Part shown: positions 60,940-64,000 of the stretch, one piece after another
How the letters are laid out: every line of letters starts with the position of its first letter
How positions within the stretch are numbered: position 1 is the first letter of the stretch
Assembly: GCA_022841645.1 (NCBI GenBank)
Contig: JALHRC010000001.1
Location: 33,346-97,345 of the forward strand
Length of the DNA: 64,000 nt
Direction: 5' to 3'
Origin: Minisyncoccota bacterium
GTDB lineage: Bacteria; Patescibacteriota; Minisyncoccia; Phycocordibacterales; UBA918
Notes under the pieces: generated by a model
The model's database searches: none
What the model saw: the letters and a program-made list of their open reading frames with translations, nothing else
Told to the model about the DNA's origin: nothing
Made by a program: the position numbers and the translations under genes

Positions 60940-61771
60940 AACTGCGCAGTATCATACTACCTTTGCGCCAAGCCGGAACACGTACCCGCTCACTAAATAC
61001 GTCGTAGCGGGCGTGCTCAATTTCATCCAAAATGGCTTCGTAGAAACGAGCCGCTAGACGAACAGCGCGTCGTGACTGCGGTGAGAGGAGCTCTATACCC
61101 AGCTCGGCCGTGCGGTAGAGGGTGCGCGCACGGGCGACCTCGTGCTGCATGAGTGTAATAAACTGTGGGGTAGGAGCGTGTTCCGCAATCATGGCCTCGG
61201 TGACGCCAAATCGTGCACATTCGTCTTGTGGAAGGTATATGCGACCGCGCTCATCGTAATCTTCTCGAACGTCGCGCAGGAAGTTGGTAAGTTGCATCGC
61301 CTCACCTAAAGCGGCCGCGTAGAAAAAAGCTTCGTCACTCTTAAACCCGAAAATGTAGGTCAGCATGACACCTACGGCCTGGGCGGAGCCGCGCATGTAG
61401 GTACGCAATTCTTCGTAGTTGTGGTAGCGGGTTTTTTCCAGGTCCATAATCATGGCGTCAATAAACTCGAGACTAACCGAGAGGGGAATGTGGTAGTGAT
61501 GGAACAGTTCGCTGGTGGCGGCGAGAATGGGGTGATGTGATTCCTTCGTATCGTAAGCGAGTATCCAGTCGTTCTTCCACTCATGGAGGCGTACTGCTGG
61601 GTCGCTCCCAGGGAGGGGATTGTCAACCATTTCATCCGGGAGGCGCGCAAAAGCGTAGAGGACAAACACTGCGTCGCGCAGCGCTCCAGGCAAAAACAAG
61701 GTGGCGCGGTAGTAGCTTGTGCCATAGCGGGCAGCAATAGCGCGAGCGGTGGTGATGGTGGCGGGGGACAT
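60926..61771 (-). CDS. crtB: Phytoene synthase
   Basis: Squalene/phytoene synthase Asp-rich motifs (..FARLPDEMVDN.. and ..ILDEIEHARYDVF..). Confidence 0.85.
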   Translation of the reverse strand: MSPATITTARAIAARYGTSYYRATLFLPGALRDAVFVLYAFARLPDEMVDNPLPGSDPAVRLHEWKNDWILAYDTKESHHPILAATSELFHHYHIPLSVSLEFIDAMIMDLEKTRYHNYEELRTYMRGSAQAVGVMLTYIFGFKSDEAFFYAAALGEAMQLTNFLRDVREDYDERGRIYLPQDECARFGVTEAMIAEHAPTPQFITLMQHEVARARTLYRTAELGIELLSPQSRRAVRLAARFYEAILDEIEHARYDVFSERVRVPAWRKGSMILRSYVSS

Positions 61772-61773
61772 GG

Positions 61774-62862
61774 CTAGGTAGTGCGGTGATGTACGAGCTC
61801 GAGGAGTCCAAAGAGTAGTGCTACCTCACCTTGAGAAAGGAGTGGGTCAGTGAGGGCTTTCTGAGCGTTGTCAGCTAGGCTAGTTATGCACGTTTGGGCG
61901 TAGGCGATTGCGCCACTTTCCAGAAACATTTCTAGCAGTTCGGCCTTTTGCTGGGGCGTGAGGGGGTTGCCGCTGTGGGCATCAAGGAGCGCGGCGGCTT
62001 TGCCGCCGCGCTCGCGTACAAACGCCGTGAGTAGGGTGTGTTGCCCTTGTTCAACATCTTGAAAGGTAGGCTTCTGAGTTTCTTGTTCGTTTCCCAACAC
62101 ATCAAGCAGGTCGTCTTGGATTTGGTAGAGCTGTCCAAGGGCTAGACCAAAACGAGTGAGGGCAGGGATGGTTGCTTCTCGTCCGGCGAGGGTGGCGCCG
62201 ATATGGAGTGGTCGCACAAAAGAATAACGAGCGGTTTTAAACTCGTTCTTTTTTCGCACGAGCTCCTCACTCACGTGCTCGGCGACGGTAAGGTCGATAT
62301 CGAGCATTTGCCCGAGACACACCTCTTCGACCAGTGTATGAAAAATAGTACTAATAGCTGGCGAGTAAGGAAGGCCGCGGGCTGCGGCAGCAAACAGTAG
62401 CTGACTTACGAGGTTGAATACCATATCACCCACTAAAATGGCCTGACTTTCGCTCGCCCGTACAGCGGCCTCGTCTCGAGACACCTCCTGATACATGGTG
62501 CTCCTGGTAAAGTGGTGGAGCGTTGGCACGCCGTGACGTAGTGGAGCCTCGTCCATCACATCGTCGTGAATGAGGCAAAAAATATGAAAGAGCTCGACGG
62601 CTAAAAGAAGTTCGCGCAGGTCGGCGAGTGCTGCGGTGGGGTATTGTTCCTTGTAGAGAGCAAAAACAACAAAGGGCCGCAGGCGCTTGCCACCCTCGGC
62701 CACCTTGAGTAGGTGTAGAAACAGCGTGTTGATCGTCGGATGATCAACGGTGGTGTGATAGCGCTTGGTAGTTTCTGAAAGATAGTCTCGGAGCAATTCA
62801 TCAAAGGCCGCTTTAAAGCGGCCGGCCTCGACTTTCAGATCTGGGGATGAAACGCTCGGCAC
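61774..62862 (-). CDS. crtE: Polyprenyl (geranylgeranyl) diphosphate synthase
   Basis: FARM LIHDDVMDEAPLRHG and SARM GQLYQIQDDLLD. Confidence 0.8.
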   Translation of the reverse strand: MPSVSSPDLKVEAGRFKAAFDELLRDYLSETTKRYHTTVDHPTINTLFLHLLKVAEGGKRLRPFVVFALYKEQYPTAALADLRELLLAVELFHIFCLIHDDVMDEAPLRHGVPTLHHFTRSTMYQEVSRDEAAVRASESQAILVGDMVFNLVSQLLFAAAARGLPYSPAISTIFHTLVEEVCLGQMLDIDLTVAEHVSEELVRKKNEFKTARYSFVRPLHIGATLAGREATIPALTRFGLALGQLYQIQDDLLDVLGNEQETQKPTFQDVEQGQHTLLTAFVRERGGKAAALLDAHSGNPLTPQQKAELLEMFLESGAIAYAQTCITSLADNAQKALTDPLLSQGEVALLFGLLELVHHRTT

Positions 62863-62961
62863 GTGACGGTCGTGGCTCCACTATAGCACGCAGTAGGTCG
62901 TCAGACAAAGAAAAACCCCGCTATTTGTTGATCGCCGCGGGGTAGGCGATTGATTCGTAGG

Positions 62962-63060
62962 TCAGAGAGGTTCGAAGAGTTCCCTGACCTTCCAAAGATG
63001 TGCGATGAACTCCTGCCTCTCCTTGTCTGTCATTTCTTCCAACGGTTCTGTCTTTTTCAT
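62962..63060 (-). CDS. Putative 32-aa peptide with strong SD and own terminator upstream of crtE
   Basis: Minus strand has ctAAGGAGGGcggtggag-ATG. Peptide MKKTEPLEEMTDKERQEFIAHLWKVRELFEPL, then hairpin ccccgc..gcgggg + TTTTT (62906..62943). Confidence 0.3.
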   Translation of the reverse strand: MKKTEPLEEMTDKERQEFIAHLWKVRELFEPL

Positions 63061-63113
63061 CTCCACCGCCCTCCTTAGCGGTTGTTCTTACAACATGTAG
63101 TGAGCGAGAAAAG

Positions 63114-63680
63114 TTACACCTTAGCTTTCCGTTTGTTTTTCGCTCTGCGCTTGGGCTTCTCGAGTGACTCGCGACTATTAATTTGTGCTGGCGAAAGTGG
63201 CGTCTCCGCATAGGCCGCCTCGAGGGCTTCGATGTCGAGCTTTTTCATCTCAAGCATGGCCGTAAATAGACGGTCGGCGGCTGGCCCTGGTGTGGCCATG
63301 AGTTCTTGAAGTTTCCGGGGCACTACCTGCCACGATACGCCAAAGCGGTCACGCAACCACCCGCACTGCTCGGGCGTGCCTTTAGCCACTAACCGCCGCC
63401 AGATCTTGTCGAGCTCTTTCTGGGTTTCGCAGTTAACGAGTAGCGAAATGGCCGGCGAAAACGAAAAGTGCGGCCCACCGTTGATCGCTATAAAAGTTTG
63501 TTCTTCAAGTTCAAAGGTGATCGTAAGTACCGAACCTGGTACTCGCCCTAGCCGTTTAGCGGCGGCGTCACTGTAATAAGCAGTATCGACAATGCGACTG
63601 CGTTTGAAAATACTCGTGTAGTAACGGACAGCCTCCTCAGCGTTTTCATCAAACCACAGATTGGTAACAATCTTTTGCAT
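63114..63680 (-). CDS. VOC-family (glyoxalase/bleomycin-resistance/PhnB-like) protein with basic C-terminal tail
   Basis: MQKIVTNLWFDENAEEAVRYYTSIF... is the PhnB-like VOC fold start. The C-terminus is KRRAKNKRKAKV. Confidence 0.65.
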   Translation of the reverse strand: MQKIVTNLWFDENAEEAVRYYTSIFKRSRIVDTAYYSDAAAKRLGRVPGSVLTITFELEEQTFIAINGGPHFSFSPAISLLVNCETQKELDKIWRRLVAKGTPEQCGWLRDRFGVSWQVVPRKLQELMATPGPAADRLFTAMLEMKKLDIEALEAAYAETPLSPAQINSRESLEKPKRRAKNKRKAKV

Positions 63681-63731
63681 ATGTGGGTGATTGTAGCATG
63701 TAGGGAGGCAAGGCGCGTGTAGAATAGACCT

Positions 63732-64000
63732 ATGGCGTTTCTGCGAAGTTGGTTACAGGGTAGTTCTCCGGCGGCCCTATTTGCACTGGCCGTGTTAGTC
63801 GGTGTGGGCGGCGCAGTCGGAGCGGTGCTTTTCCATGCCTGTATTTCACTCGGTACCTGGCTGTTTTATGGCGAGGTGGGAAGTGATTTCATCACGCATG
63901 TCACCGACTTGCCGTGGTGGCTGCGGCTGCTTATTCCGGCTGCGGGCGGACTTTTGGTTGGTCTCCTCTTTCATGTAGCCAAGGTGCGCGAGGCTGAGGG
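63732..64000 (+). CDS. Membrane protein, 5' fragment (possibly ClC-type channel/transporter); runs off window end
   Basis: MAFLRSWLQGSSPAALFALAVLVGVGGAVGAVLFHACISLGTWLFYGEVGSDF...LLIPAAGGLLVGLLF resembles a ClC N-terminus. Only 89 aa are visible. Confidence 0.3.
   Translation, partial: MAFLRSWLQGSSPAALFALAVLVGVGGAVGAVLFHACISLGTWLFYGEVGSDFITHVTDLPWWLRLLIPAAGGLLVGLLFHVAKVREAE

Overview
This 64-kb window reads as a chromosomal segment of a compact, Gram-positive-type bacterium. It has a sortase-type LPxTG protein and four type IV (pseudo)pilin paralogs. rpoB and rpoC are short, the sigma-70 has a lysine-rich N-terminal tail, and the rpsP-KH-trmD operon lacks rimM/rplS. Together these suggest, by inference only, a reduced-genome Patescibacteria/CPR (Saccharibacteria-like) lineage. 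Most genes are housekeeping. In order: dnaE (5' part), rnhB, rpmF, a NusB-NUDIX fusion, rnc, four tandem prepilin genes, a short SMC, rnr, rpsP-KH-trmD with a ParDE-like toxin-antitoxin insertion, rpoB-rpoC, dnaG-rpoD, an NhaP-type antiporter, a UvrD-helicase/RecB-nuclease fusion, a DsbA-like protein, uppP, a DEDD exonuclease, hisS, prmC, an ABC-2 exporter with a GIY-YIG gene wedged between ATPase and permease, class I fba, rpmG, a glycogen-type cluster (GT, GH57, GH15), truB, a DEAD-box helicase, and a fpg-unknown-ung base-excision-repair operon. The accessory 3' third holds two G+C-rich islets flanking a sortase-anchored protein with three Ig-like repeats, a MarR regulator, and a crtE-crtB-crtI carotenoid operon with a UbiA-family lycopene-elongase-like gene. 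The most system-like novelty is a three-gene ApbE / FMN-binding (RnfG/NqrC-like) / RnfD-NqrB-like::FNR-fusion module with no other rnf or nqr genes. The second is a palindromic RPE-like mini-element inserted in-frame into both rnhB and prmC, where it encodes the same PRTDLG peptide. The window also contains several large perfect palindromes and nested inverted-repeat elements, a candidate structured RNA downstream of rnhB, an orphan strong promoter in front of about 400 nt without ORFs, and a few short strongly-RBS'd peptide genes. All calls were made by eye from the sequence and the ORF track, and no database search was run.
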